64,000 nucleotides of DNA, taken from contig NEEC01000016.1 in the NCBI GenBank assembly GCA_002189035.1, positions 124,001 through 188,000 of the forward strand. Direction: 5' to 3'. Below the pieces are notes generated by a model, which saw nothing but the letters and a program-made list of their open reading frames with translations, did no database searches and was not told the DNA's origin. Both the position numbers and the translations under genes were made by a program. Shown here piece after piece: positions 48,244 to 60,466 of the stretch (position 1 is its first letter; each line of letters opens with the position of its first letter). Source of the DNA: Utricularia gibba (lineage: Eukaryota > Plantae > Magnoliophyta).

Positions 48244-49291
48244 ATGGGCCGGCCGCCGTGCTGTGATAAGGTGGGGGTGAAGAAGGGGCCGTGGGCGCCG
48301 GAGGAAGATATAATGTTGGTGTCTTATGTTCAGGAACACGGGCCTGGGAACTGGAGAGCGGTGCCTAACACTACAGGTGTCTTTCATTATGTCGTTTGTC
48401 TTGATCCGTATGTTGGCGTTTAACGTTTTCTGGCGGAGCAGGGTTGAGGAGGTGCAGCAAAAGCTGCAGACTGAGATGGACGAATTACCTCAGGCCGGGG
48501 ATTAAAAGAGGGAGCTTCTCCGATCATGAGGAGAAGATGATTGTGCAGCTACAGGCCCTGCTGGGGAACAAGTAATGCAGATGGGGGTTTTTGATGGTGG
48601 AATTGTGTTGTTTTAACGGTGATGATGGTTCTGAATTTCGGTGTTTTGCAGATGGGCAGCCATCGCTTCGTATCTTCCGGATAGAACAGATAACGACATT
48701 AAAAACTACTGGAACACGCATCTGAAGAAGAAGCTGAAGAAGCTAAAAACTGATGACGAGCCGTCTTCCGCCACGGCGCCGCCGCCGGCCCAGTCGTTGT
48801 CAAGGGGGCAATGGGAGCGGCGTTTGCAGACGGATATAAAAACCGCGAAACAAGCACTCGAGGATGCCTTATCATCGGAAAATCACAACACCCAGGTGTG
48901 CAAACCTCTGGCGGCGACTTCAAAGACAACCCCGTGCTACGCTTCCAGCACCGAAAACATATCGAGATTGCTGAAACAGTGGGAGAAAAGCAAAGCGCTT
49001 CAGCCCCAGGATTCTCGATGCTCGAGCACCCAGAATTCATCCAATAACCCGACGGCGGCGATGGATTCCTCCTGCAGCGGCGAGACTCCGACCAAGATCA
49101 AGACGGAGAAAGCGGCATCCGCAGACTACTGCGCCATACCGCATCATCAGTCAGAGATTTTACGGCCCACATGTTCCCCGGTCGATATTAAACCGGATCC
49201 CACCGCCTTTTCGATGCTCGAAAGCTGGCTTTTCGAGGATCAAGGGAAGGATTACTTCTCCCTGGATGGGAATGCGACGGAATTGTTTTAA
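48244..49291 (+). CDS. R2R3-MYB subgroup 1 (MYB30/MYB94/MYB96/MYB306-like), 3 exons
   Basis: Exons are 48244-48376 (133 nt), 48442-48571 (130 nt) and 48652-49291. The sequence reads [17 protein letters not shown]...GPGNWRAVP...[20 protein letters not shown]. The subgroup motifs [12 protein letters not shown] and [12 protein letters not shown] and a C-terminal [10 protein letters not shown] are present. Confidence 0.95.
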
Positions 49292-50925
49292 ATTCCTCTT
49301 ATTTTCAAACCAAATCACAATTCTTTCTTTCTTCTTCCCTGTCTGAACCAAGACACTCTTCACTTCACCAGTTGTCTTTTTACATTGATTCGAAGTTGAA
49401 TGCTACATGTATTATTACAACTAGGACTGCGTTGCCTCCTCAATCCCACTCCATTCAACATCGCTTCTGTCCGTTTCTGGCTGCATTCAGCAAGCCCCAG
49501 TCGTCCAAGTTGCCATGGCGCAGCAGCAACTGGAACGAAGTTGCTCATCGGCGGGTGCCATGGCCTCGACCGCCGAGCAGCGCTTCCCTCCGGGCGGGCG
49601 CATTCATTAACATCTCGCAAAAAGCAACGTAACAACTTTCAATACTCAGAACAGAGACTTGAATACCCCGCCACAGAAGTCAAACCAGACAAATTTGTAT
49701 CGTCATCATCACCACACCACACACCCAACTTTAATGGCCTGACTCTGCGGTGCACCGCAGTCCATTATTTTGCACGGCACACTATCATAATCGGTGAACA
49801 ACAAAGTGTTTCCTTCTCTTTTGCTTCATTTCACCGGTTCCTTGAATGCAGAAGAAGCACGTGAAGTGGCGTGGCGGATCAGAGCCATGAACGCAGACGC
49901 CATCAAAATGTATGAGTGGGGTCGGGGTGCAGCCCAGCTCAGCTCAGCTCCATCAACAGGGAGCCTCCCTAATCTACCAAATTATGCATCTTGATACTAA
50001 AACTAGAAGCCTAGGGCTAGGGCTAGGGGGATGTGGCGGGGCGGCCTACTCGTGTTGGGAGTTAAGAATATTTGGTGTGCATCAATTATAATTGTGAATC
50101 TAGTAGTCAGCCTACACCCCACTCCTAATTAATGATTTACACTCTCCATTATTCACTAATAAAACATACACAAGTCCCCAATTTAATGCTAATCACGTTT
50201 TTTGCAGATTGAAGTGAAAAAGGGTGCCACCCGCTGGGGTCCACTTTAGGACCAAATTTTCAGAAAATGTGAATGATAAATAAAATAAAATAATATCATG
50301 TAACTTTAAAAAAAGATTACGTAATAAGATATGAGAAATCAATTTTCAATGATATAGAAAATGACCATTCACATCAAAGATGCGAACTTTGATTCCTTCA
50401 CAATCTAGAAGTAAAAAAATTAGAAAAGAAAATTGAAGAAATGAATTTGAAATAGATAAGGCAAACGGATAGTATTAAAAAAATGTTAGAATGAGAATCA
50501 TAAATTGTGATAAGCAAAATAATTCATTTTTCATTTTTATTATGAAAAATGAAAAATAGCTGTATTATGTATTAAATTTTTTTTTTTTTTAGAATGAGAA
50601 AAATAAGAATGATACCGAAAATAGCCTTAAATTAGGCCAGACTCCACGACGCTTCTGAATTGCCGCGGGCTCAATCGGGAGTGTGGGCTGGTGGATACCA
50701 CTCCAGAATTCGGGCAGCCCAGAGATGTCAAGCCCAGGCTGACATGGCCCATAAGGTTTTGAACATTAATAAATATTGGTCTAATAAACCCAAAAAATGC
50801 TGATAAATGGTAAATTTATCTGTTTGGGCATTTTGACCAATAAAACCCTTCAATCCGCAAGAAGAAGATGGGATTAGGATTCTTGTCCATTTAGTTTTGC
50901 TTGGACTATTTGTAAGATCATATTG

Positions 50926-51094
50926 ATTGATTTACGGAAATGATGACGTGGTTTCCGTTATTGAGTTTACACGAGTAAATTCAGTTTACTCAAAATGATT
51001 TTCGACATCATATAATTCAGAATAAAAATGATTTTCATAAAAATAAAATTGATTTCCACAAATACATGTCAGCATTTCCGGAAATAAGTAAAGA
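50926..51094 (+). repeat. Dispersed repeat of about 150 bp, copy 2
   Basis: Homologous to 43381-43530, with an extra internal segment that repeats AGTTTAC. Confidence 0.75.
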
Positions 51095-53068
51095 AATATG
51101 TAACAAGGTGGAATAAAGAGGTTTTGACTACCCCAAGTCAATAGTCTTCATTAGCAGAATTGTGTAATAATATGAGGTTTTGTAGGAGAAGAGGAAGGGA
51201 AGAAAGAAAGGGGCGCAGGGGTGAGTAAATGCGGTTGCAGAAAGCATGTGGCAAGAATGAGACGAAGCCTGACATCCGTAGCCAGCAGACCCCCCCTAAA
51301 TTTTATAATCATGTGGGCCCCCAATAAACCACACCCCCACCCCCTTTTATTATGTTTCCATCTTCAAACATGAAAAAAAAAAAAAGAAGCAAGCTCTTTT
51401 GTTTGTGTTTTTTTTAATTCTTGAAAAATAAAAGCAAGTAAAGACAGCTCTGTGTGTGAAAAATGAATTGGGAATGGAGGAGCATTTAGGGCAATTTGTG
51501 TCCGTTACCTGCTCCTAACTACGCTGATGTGGAGGAATGGAGTGGAGCCCACCATGCACTCTCTGACTTACACATGCGCCCCACTTAACTGAGGGTTTGT
51601 TTGAAAATAATTTATACTTTTTATAAAAATATTTAAACATTATTTTTTAAAAAAATTACGAATACTGTTAATAGAAATGCTTATCAAAAACAGATGTTAT
51701 ATGCAAAAATATATTTTATTTTGTGCTAATCATGATTGAAGTAACTTAAAGTAGTATTTTGTTAAGACTCAAGATGTCATTCTCCTGTAATGTTGCATGT
51801 GTTTGTATATTTAAAGTTAGTATTAAAATAGACGTGTCATGTTGGGAGAAAAACCTCATTCATCTATGTAATCCCTTTATAGGATCAATGTAGTCTTCAT
51901 CGGAGAAGGTGAACATTGGATCGTAATATGTTAACATACCCGAAAACCCTTCTAAGTATTGTTAGCATCTCACGATACCAACCACACCTTCGAGCTAATA
52001 GCGACCTGAACATCAAAAGAGGAATGCCAAAGTGCGTTGGAAGAAAAGCCACTACGGGAAAGAGCTCCGATGAAACAGTGAAATCCCGGAGCGCTGGAGA
52101 AGACAGTGCAAATAATTAAATACAATGATCATTCTAATCTTCTATAAATTAGAACTTAAACTGTGAGGATTAGATATGTTAAATTGACAATATCATGAAC
52201 GTTAAGGATATTGATATCTTCATTGCTACAACTCAGACATCTACTATTTCTAAGCTTATTGCCATGGGGAAGGTCCTTGAAAACCATCTTATTCATTCAC
52301 AGTCAAGCTCTTTTTTCAATGTGAGTTGTACTCTTCATTTTTTTGTTTTATTTTATATTAGAAAAATATTATACCATTTTCAATTAACCAAGGGTAGGGT
52401 ATGGTTAATGGATTCAACTCATCCAATCAAAATAAGACCAAAATAAAATAACAATAAATAAATAAATAATTTATGGACAAAACGCGCCCGATTTTTACCA
52501 ACTCTCTGTGGAAAGAGTTAATGTGAGGGAAAAAAGTGGACCCGCGTGTTCAATCAATTCAGTCTCAACGCGAGAGCCGGTCCGCGGCCCCACCAATAAA
52601 TCACCTTTTTTTTATGTTTAATTTTACCAAAATATTCAGTTTTATTTCTTCCTAAAAAGTAAAAATCATGCTCCTGACAAATCATGTTGCTCACGCCTCC
52701 GCCCGCGCTGTCCATTGACGAGACTTTGTCTCCCTTCCCTTTTGAATAATTTCAAAGTTATTACAAAATCAGTTTTATTATCAATTATAAATTCTACTTT
52801 TTTTGGGCCACTTGTGTGTAATTACCACCAAATAGACTACCCGAAATAGGATGCTAATGAAAGTGAAAAGAAAGTAACTTTACGTTCTGTTTTATTTCTC
52901 ACCAAGGAGCAGCCAACCAACCAAGCAAGCAAGCAGACCACTAGTCAAAACTCTTAATAATGGGGAAAAGTAACTCCTCCTTTTTTTCTTTTTTGGCAAA
53001 TAATGATGTCATTGCATGAATCGGGTATTGTCTGTCATTCATTAGTCACCAGCCTGCGCCCAGAATCC

Positions 53069-53102
53069 AATCTAATCTAATCTAATCTAATCTAATCTAA
53101 TC
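53069..53102. repeat. (AATCT)n pentanucleotide microsatellite, about 6.5 units
   Basis: Direct reading of AATCTAATCTAATCTAATCTAATCTAATCTAATC. Confidence 0.9.
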
Positions 53103-53473
53103 GCATGCTGCCGTGGGATAACCACCAACCGCCATGATTGTAAAGGGAAATGACGCATCACTCAATAATTATCTCATCCAGAATAACGTATTACATTTGT
53201 TTTCTTTCTGTTGTGTCTCTCTTCAGACCCGAGAGTAGGATAATTAACTTGGAAGTGCCAACCCCACGTTGGTGCCGTTGAGTTTTCGGACAGGGGAATG
53301 GGTTCTGTTTCAGGGATCCTACAAAGAGACAAGATGAGTTCTGGTTGTTGGAGGCCTGGTTAAAGAGAGTGATTAGAGATTGATTAAGTGATTTGGGTGG
53401 GGAACATCTAAAGGAAATGAATTAGAATTAAGACACTCGGGGATCTAGAAGCTAGCTATCTGTCTCTGCCGAT

Positions 53474-54424
53474 TTAAGAAGAAGATGGAGAGCCGTTTGT
53501 AGTGCCTGGAGCTGAATGGTAGCTGTTGAGTTGGATGTCGTCTTGGGTGTATGCTGCGGCGGTGGAGGAGGGAAGCGGCGGCGGTGGCGGCTGCGGGAGC
53601 AGGGGAGTGGTCTCCGGGGGTGGATGGAGGGAGTCTTTTCTCCCTAGAGCGTTTTTGTTATTGTGCATCCATACTTTGAAGACGCCTTTATCCACGCCCA
53701 TGCCACTGCAAGATTCGTTGATCACATCTTCGTCTTTCTTTTGCATTTTCCACCCCACTTTCTCCGCGAGTTCCAGCATTTTTTCCTTCTGGTACTGGGT
53801 GAATTTCGTGCGGAATCTTTTCCGGCTTCCGGAGCTGAATATCGCTACGGCGGCGGGGTTGCAGGGAGCGGAAGCTAGGGAGCTGTTTCCTGGCGGTGCG
53901 CCGGATAAGCCGTGGCTGAGGGCCAGAAGGGTATGGGTCGCAGATGGGTAGTAGGAAGATGAAATCGGAGGAGGCGACGGCGAATTTACTGGGCTCCCAC
54001 TGCTGTTCCCCCCTTGAATCTGCGGCGGTGGAGGGTGATGCCGGTGAAGAGGGTGGTACTCTAAAGCAGGGACATCATTCGGCCGCGGGTCATCTGGCTC
54101 CCGGCGGTGAAAGTTACGGTGACACCCACAGGCGGCGCATTTCAAAGAGGTGGGCTCCGCCGGGTTCGAATTCGGGGACGGCATAAATTCCCCACATCCA
54201 TCCACGGCGTGGCCACCGATGCTCGCGGCGTGGTTCTTCAGACACTCCCTGTAGTTAACCACCACCGGTTGGTGGCTGTGGTTGTCTTGGTTCACGGGCG
54301 CCGGTTGTTGGTGCCGCTTTAAAACGCCGTTGGTGAAAGGGGAGGGCTTCGCCGGTAGCATCCCCGTCGGAGTCGCCGTCTCAGCTTCTGGTGTTTTCAC
54401 TGTTGAATTACCTCCCAAATCCAT
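53474..54424 (-). CDS. Zinc-finger homeodomain (ZF-HD) transcription factor, ZHD8/9/10/11-like, single exon, 316 aa
   Basis: The ZF-HD dimerisation domain [24 protein letters not shown]...[16 protein letters not shown] and the homeodomain [29 protein letters not shown]...[10 protein letters not shown] are present. The first ATG is at 54424. Confidence 0.95.
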   Translation of the reverse strand: MDLGGNSTVKTPEAETATPTGMLPAKPSPFTNGVLKRHQQPAPVNQDNHSHQPVVVNYRECLKNHAASIGGHAVDGCGEFMPSPNSNPAEPTSLKCAACGCHRNFHRREPDDPRPNDVPALEYHPLHRHHPPPPQIQGGNSSGSPVNSPSPPPISSSYYPSATHTLLALSHGLSGAPPGNSSLASAPCNPAAVAIFSSGSRKRFRTKFTQYQKEKMLELAEKVGWKMQKKDEDVINESCSGMGVDKGVFKVWMHNNKNALGRKDSLHPPPETTPLLPQPPPPPLPSSTAAAYTQDDIQLNSYHSAPGTTNGSPSSS

Positions 54425-57400
54425 GGACCCCGAACACAATCCTCACTCACATGGAACGAAACAACACTTGATTTCAATTCTTCCAGTTCCCCAGATTAAC
54501 ACTACAGAAGAGGCCCCTAAACACGGAGACGGAAAACAGGATTCAGGGAAGGAAGAAGACGAGATGAGAGGAGGGACAAAAGAAAGAACTGCTTCCTCTG
54601 TCGATGACGACGCTGTAGATATTAAAAATACACGTTTCGTGGTTGTCCTTGTTAACCAGTAACCACTTGCCCTGATTTTGATATTTATTTTGTTTTTATT
54701 ATTTCACCCCAATCGAAAACAATTTTTTTTAATAAACAAACCTTAAAAAAAAAGAAAAATGTTCATCCCGTGTTGTAAACTCTGGTTAATTTTTTACCCT
54801 GGTAGAGTAAACCCTAATTCCCATACGCCGGAATCGGAGTGACAAAAGTTGACCGGTTCAAAGAAATTGTGTTGAATTTGGTCAAATATAAGTTTCGTGT
54901 CCTTAATAAATTAATCATATAAGTCACTGGCTGTCAAGTGTCAACACAAATGTCTGGTTGAGAAGAAATGAATGCGCAAGGCTTAAGATAAAAACAAAGC
55001 TTGTAGATTTAAATTTGAATTATGTTTTAATCACATAAAAATATTTATCAATTTCAAAAACATTTTAAATTATTTTCCCTAGCAATTATTGAACTGGAAG
55101 TATTTAATTAATTCCTTTTGAAATAGTAAACTGTGGGTCCAGAAGATTATCTTCAGAATACTAATATTTTCCCTCAGAAAAAAAAAATCAGATTATATTT
55201 TAAAACACAAGAGTACTGAAGTGGCTGGTCCCGGTTTGTAAATGAGGGACAAATTAGTAATTGACGTGTATCCCGGAAAATGAGTGGATATTTAACGGGA
55301 AAATAAATAGATAATAATAAAAAAAAAAACAGGAAGGAAATTATGTGGAGTCGCGGTCACGCTGAAAACCACAGGCTGATGTTTAATGATCTAAGGGTGG
55401 TAAAATTGGCAGGATGCTGAGTACTGATCCGGACCGTTGGGGTGGCAACTGTGGGGGCAAAATTGTCATATTGCTGTAACACTTTTGTCGGATCCATGGA
55501 ATTCTGGGACGACCGCCCCGTGATTTACATTTAATCAGAATACTAAACCTGTTTAGGGTCAATAACTAATCGTGTTTAAGATTCAAATTGGAGCTTCCAT
55601 TCTGCCACGTGTTTCTCGAGATGCTTTCGTCTTCCACGTATTGCATACGAATCCGTGTTGCTGATCCTCAATTGCCCTGTTATTAACTTATTTCTAATCA
55701 TCACAAGACAAACTAATTTATTACAAAATTGATGGGTTGCAATAAATAAAAGACATCCCTTTTATTAATTAATGTAACCCACAAATAGAAACCACAAGTG
55801 TGTGATCATACAAACTCATGTGTCTTAGAAATCTGATCCTGTTTTTGTTGTAATATATATATAAAACAGGGATCTGGGATTTTAAAAAAATCCGGTTTAC
55901 GTTGGCTGTAAGACGGTTCCCCAGTGAATGGGCTTTTGTCCGGGTTGGGGAACCGGAAGAGCATATGGTATGTAAATGGGCTTTTGTCCGGGTCGGGGTA
56001 GGAGAAGGGCATGGGTGTCGTTCTTACATCACTGTCTGCGGTTGCTGTGAAATGTAGGAACCGGAGAGGGAGCAATATTATTTTATTTGATTGTTGGAAA
56101 AGGCGAGGGAGGGGTAGGATGTACTCGGTCGGACATTATGGCATATGGGGTGGATGTCATGCAACACGCAGTGGAGGGTGATGGTGCAAGTTGGATTGGA
56201 TGAATTAATTTGTGGAGAACAACGCATCAACTTCCCTTTCGTCGACTCCTCCCTGATGATGATTATTTGATTCTTGGAGAAAATCATGCTGTCATTGCAC
56301 TAATCCATTGGAATTAGAGCCGTGGTCCTGCGTATGGAGACAACCACAATGCTGGCACTCACTCCATGCCATTAATAAAATGTTACAGTGATGAAAAACT
56401 GCATGTACAGACTACACAGAGAGGAAGGTGGGTTAAATGAACCCTTTCTTTTTTGCTGGTAAAGATCGCTCCCTTTTCATCCAAACGCGGTGGAGCCTCG
56501 ACTGGTTTAGAATCCAGATCGTTCTCCACCCGAGAGAGAGCTTATGGACAAGATAATCTCGCGTAATTAGGGTTCGTCCTATCCAAAGCAGATCTCATGA
56601 ATTATTAAGATAAGAATTTCTTGTCAAAACACAAGGATGATGAGCAAGACCCTTATTTGATGAAGATGATATTATACTCGATGGGTCAAGGGATGCCCGG
56701 TAAGTTTAGAGATTTGATATGTGTTCGATAGATATATCTTCCACATTCATAAAAAATTCACCAATTTATATAGAAGTTTTCTATGATTTGAAGTGTGTTT
56801 GATGGTGTATGCATCGGGACAAAATATTTTGGATGAACTTTGGATGATAATTTTTTGAGAAGGTACTCTTTTGAGTTGGAAAATTAACTTCATCTCTCTA
56901 TTTCTATATATTCATGTCTACAACTTTGTTACACTTGCGTTGGGATTAGATGGGCCTTAAACGGGTCGGCTAATCGGTGACATTGCTGCGTGGGCCGGGA
57001 GCCCCTCTCCCCCGGGGCCGGGTCAATAAATTCGGGTCAACTAGGACCCGCTTGTGTAGCAGAGACAGGGACCCCAAATGGGCAACAGCGTCCTGTCTGC
57101 ATGCTCCCTTGCCATGAACAATGCAAACGCAAGATGAGAGATGAATTCATGACACGAATCGGATCCGGACAAAACCCGTTTAATTTTGATTCGGTTTATA
57201 AAATATTTCTAAAATAATAAATAAATTTTATGATATTAATATTTTTCAAATGTGTTTTATATCTATTTGTTACATACAAAATATTACAAACCCAACCATC
57301 AGTTTTCGAGAAAAAATGGCCTTAGGTGGGTTTGGATCAAGAGACAGACATCAAGATTTTTCAAATAATATGTTGATCGTCAAACTTTTCATCAAAAAGA

Positions 57401-58821
57401 TGAATTTGATTAGTAATGTATTATCGACAATCGATACAATGATATTACAATAAATAATTCCATATTAATAAATTAAAGTTTAATAATCAAATATATAATA
57501 AATTATTACTACTTTATTGAACTTAATTTTTTTTTTGTAATTCATATTTTTTATATATTTTGATTTCACGTATACTTGTTTTTAGCTATTGTATCCATAA
57601 TTTCAACAAGTTGTTGATTTTTTCAGTACTCTTCATTTTTTACTACCTCAAACTCTGTTTTTATAGCTACAATATCGAATTCCTTAATTAACTTTGAGCC
57701 ATGGAAATGTTCTGCAATTTGCTTTCGTAGTGATAAAATCCATAATATGCATAAAGAAACTCTACCAACTAAGCTTGGGCCACATGTGTGTTCTGCTAGA
57801 CGTTGGCATGGGCTAGAATCGCACCATCATTCATCAATGATACCATAGCCAAGGCCAGGACCCTCCCTTTCTGAAATACAGGATCACTTTTGTGTCGGGT
57901 CGTGTGTTCTGATTCAAGTAGTGGAGGCATGGCTTGAGAGTTCAGGCAAAGGAGAAGTCTTGAGACATGTGTGTTTTGAAGTGTAAAAACCAAGTATGAA
58001 GTTCTGGGCCCATGCAAAAGCAGCATCCTTCTGTGTTTTGTGGAATGAAGGGGCCGGGTCACATAATCCATTCCTCCCAAATCATGCGTTAGTTAAGCGG
58101 GATCGCGCATTTAAGTGGAATGAATGAATGATTGTACATGAGAACTAGGGTCTAGGAATAGGAACCCCTCCCCTCATCTTGGGACTCATCAGCCCGGTTC
58201 CTGGGAACCCCTGATTTTGATTTCGGTTCAAAATGGGAATGAGAACTCTACCATCTCCGGTTCAAAATATTAAAATTTTCCTCATAAAAACATTTTTTTT
58301 TGTTAATTTCTCACTTATGGTAGGTACACCAATAACGATATGAAAATTTCAGATCAAAATGCATATTATTTTTAATTAATTTTCATTTTTATCCTCATTT
58401 GAACCTGATCTTAAAAAAATAAGAGTTAAATTTTATTCGTTCTATGAATGGAATGAAAAGCAAGAAAATAATTTTCAAAATCAGATCGTGCTATTTTTTT
58501 TTGAAAAATATATTAGAAAAAAAGTATGGACAAAAATAAATTACCATTCACATTAGAAAATACAAATTTCGGTAGTATCTTCGGATCGAAATTGTAATGT
58601 GCAATTGAAGTAGAAAATTGAAATAATAATATAACATAAGAATAACAAATTTATAATGAATAAAAAAGTATATATAAAATAGAAAATCTATAATTTTTTA
58701 TATAAAAAATTGTTTTTCTAAAAATTTATAAACCATAGTGAGTCCCGGAACCCAACCGAACCAACACTAATACAATCCCCACCGAACATAAATAATTTAT
58801 TAGGAGGAATGGGAATAGACA

Positions 58822-58885
58822 TTGTATTATTATTGTTACGATGATTATTATTATATATTATTATTATTATCATTATTATTATTGA
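58822..58885. repeat. Imperfect (TTA/TAT)n low-complexity repeat
   Basis: Run of TATTATTAT/ATTATTATT units, read directly. Confidence 0.7.
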
Positions 58886-60466
58886 ACTATGTAATTATAT
58901 AGAAGTACGTGGCATCAGTCCGAGGTGATATTTAAATAAAAAAAAATATGACTTTATTTAATGAATTAAATTCTGGTTTTAGCAATGAAGGACCATGCTA
59001 ATTAATGTCAAAACCTAGAACGCAGCATCATGTCTTGTCCAAACCACGCCACCACCATTTCTCAACGCCATGTATTACATCTGCCCATTTTGTATCACAA
59101 TTTAAAATACATTATATATTAATAAAAATAAAGTATTGTCTTTACCCTCTTCTAGGGATGATGAGACTCATGACTTTATGTATTTTATTATTTTCAAATT
59201 ACAATCATTTATTTTTTTAATTCAGAAAAGGAAAGAATGAATCAAATTGGAAAATCTAGCCATTTGATTTTAATGTTTTTTTTCAGGTTTATATTTAATT
59301 TACACACACATAACTGTGTGCGTTCTTAATGTTCATTAAACTGGGTCAAAGTGTCAGCCAAGACCCTAGTTTCCAGACCTAGGGCATAGGGCCTTGTTCG
59401 TACAAACCCCCGGGGCAGGCCCCTTACGAACTACTCACCCAGCCCCCCAGGCCCCCAGATGATGATACTTCCTTTTCTTCTTATCCAAAAATAATATAAT
59501 ATAACAACAATAGTTTATCATCAAATTGAAAATTATTCTATTGTTTTTTTTTCCCAAACTTGATAAACTCCCATTATCATGCACGCATGTTGTGTTAGAA
59601 ACGGGCAACTATGTTCTTAAACTGGACACGTAATGTGATTGGAAAGGTTGTTTTTAACTAAGACTAACGAAATGGGGCTGCAACGCTTTCGAGATTACTA
59701 CCAAACCATGTGGGAATCCTCCTATAACTGAAACTAACTAACTTACTCCCACTCCTCCTCTCTTCCCCCACACCACTCTAAAATTCCACTTACACCCTAC
59801 CTAGATACCCCTACCCCCACTTTCTCCGAGGGCATTTCGGGAAGATTGTTTGTTATCACATAGGGTAGGGGTATGTGTACCCTTTTTTTTTAACCTTCAA
59901 TTCTCATGTTGCTACTACCTATGGGGTCTTGTAGTTGTGTAGCTGAAAGTGCACACTTTACTTGACTGTAGAGGCTAATGGTGAGCACCCCCTTTGATCT
60001 AAGAAGAAGAACAATGTGATGATTGATGAAACGTGATATGTGAATAGTGAAATGGTTTGGTTACTGTCGTACTTGAAGGCGAAAATGACAAGCCGAAATG
60101 GGGTAAAATGGAAATGCAAGAGGACTAGAGAGTTTTTGCCCCTTGGGGAATGCATATTTCTTGTGCCGGTGCTTCAAGGAGAGGTGTTTTGATGATGGAT
60201 GGATTCATTTCAGCTCAGAGGACAAGACATTTACGTTGGGTGGTGGGGGCGAATAAGTCAAAATAGAGGCCGTGGCCCCCCACGAAAGAAATTCGAAGAA
60301 AAAAACACCACCCACTCGGAGCCAGGCCCCCCCTCCACCTCCTCCTCCCACTCTCTCTTGAAAATGTCATTCATGTGGTTTTCTCGGATTGTGTTCCCAG
60401 AAGCCCCACTTTGTCTCTGCCATCATCATCATCATCTCTTGCCTGTAGTAGGAAGAGCATGCAGTC

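Noticed and set aside
50000-50030. TAGGGCTAGGGCTAGGGG as an interstitial telomere
   Set aside because: Only three units, and not TTTAGGG.
50658-50682. miR171-like sequence on the minus strand
   Set aside because: It needs an insertion, a deletion and a mismatch to align, and no star arm is present.
52051-52062. CACTACGGGAAA as a CACTA transposon end
   Set aside because: No matching opposite terminus or subterminal repeats were found in the window.
57796-58080. 94-aa minus-strand ORF
   Set aside because: No recognisable motif or splice context.
56950-58820. Patches rich in CGGGTC, ACCCG and CGGTTC resembling hAT-type non-autonomous elements
   Set aside because: They are probably TE remnants, but I could not define termini or target-site duplications.
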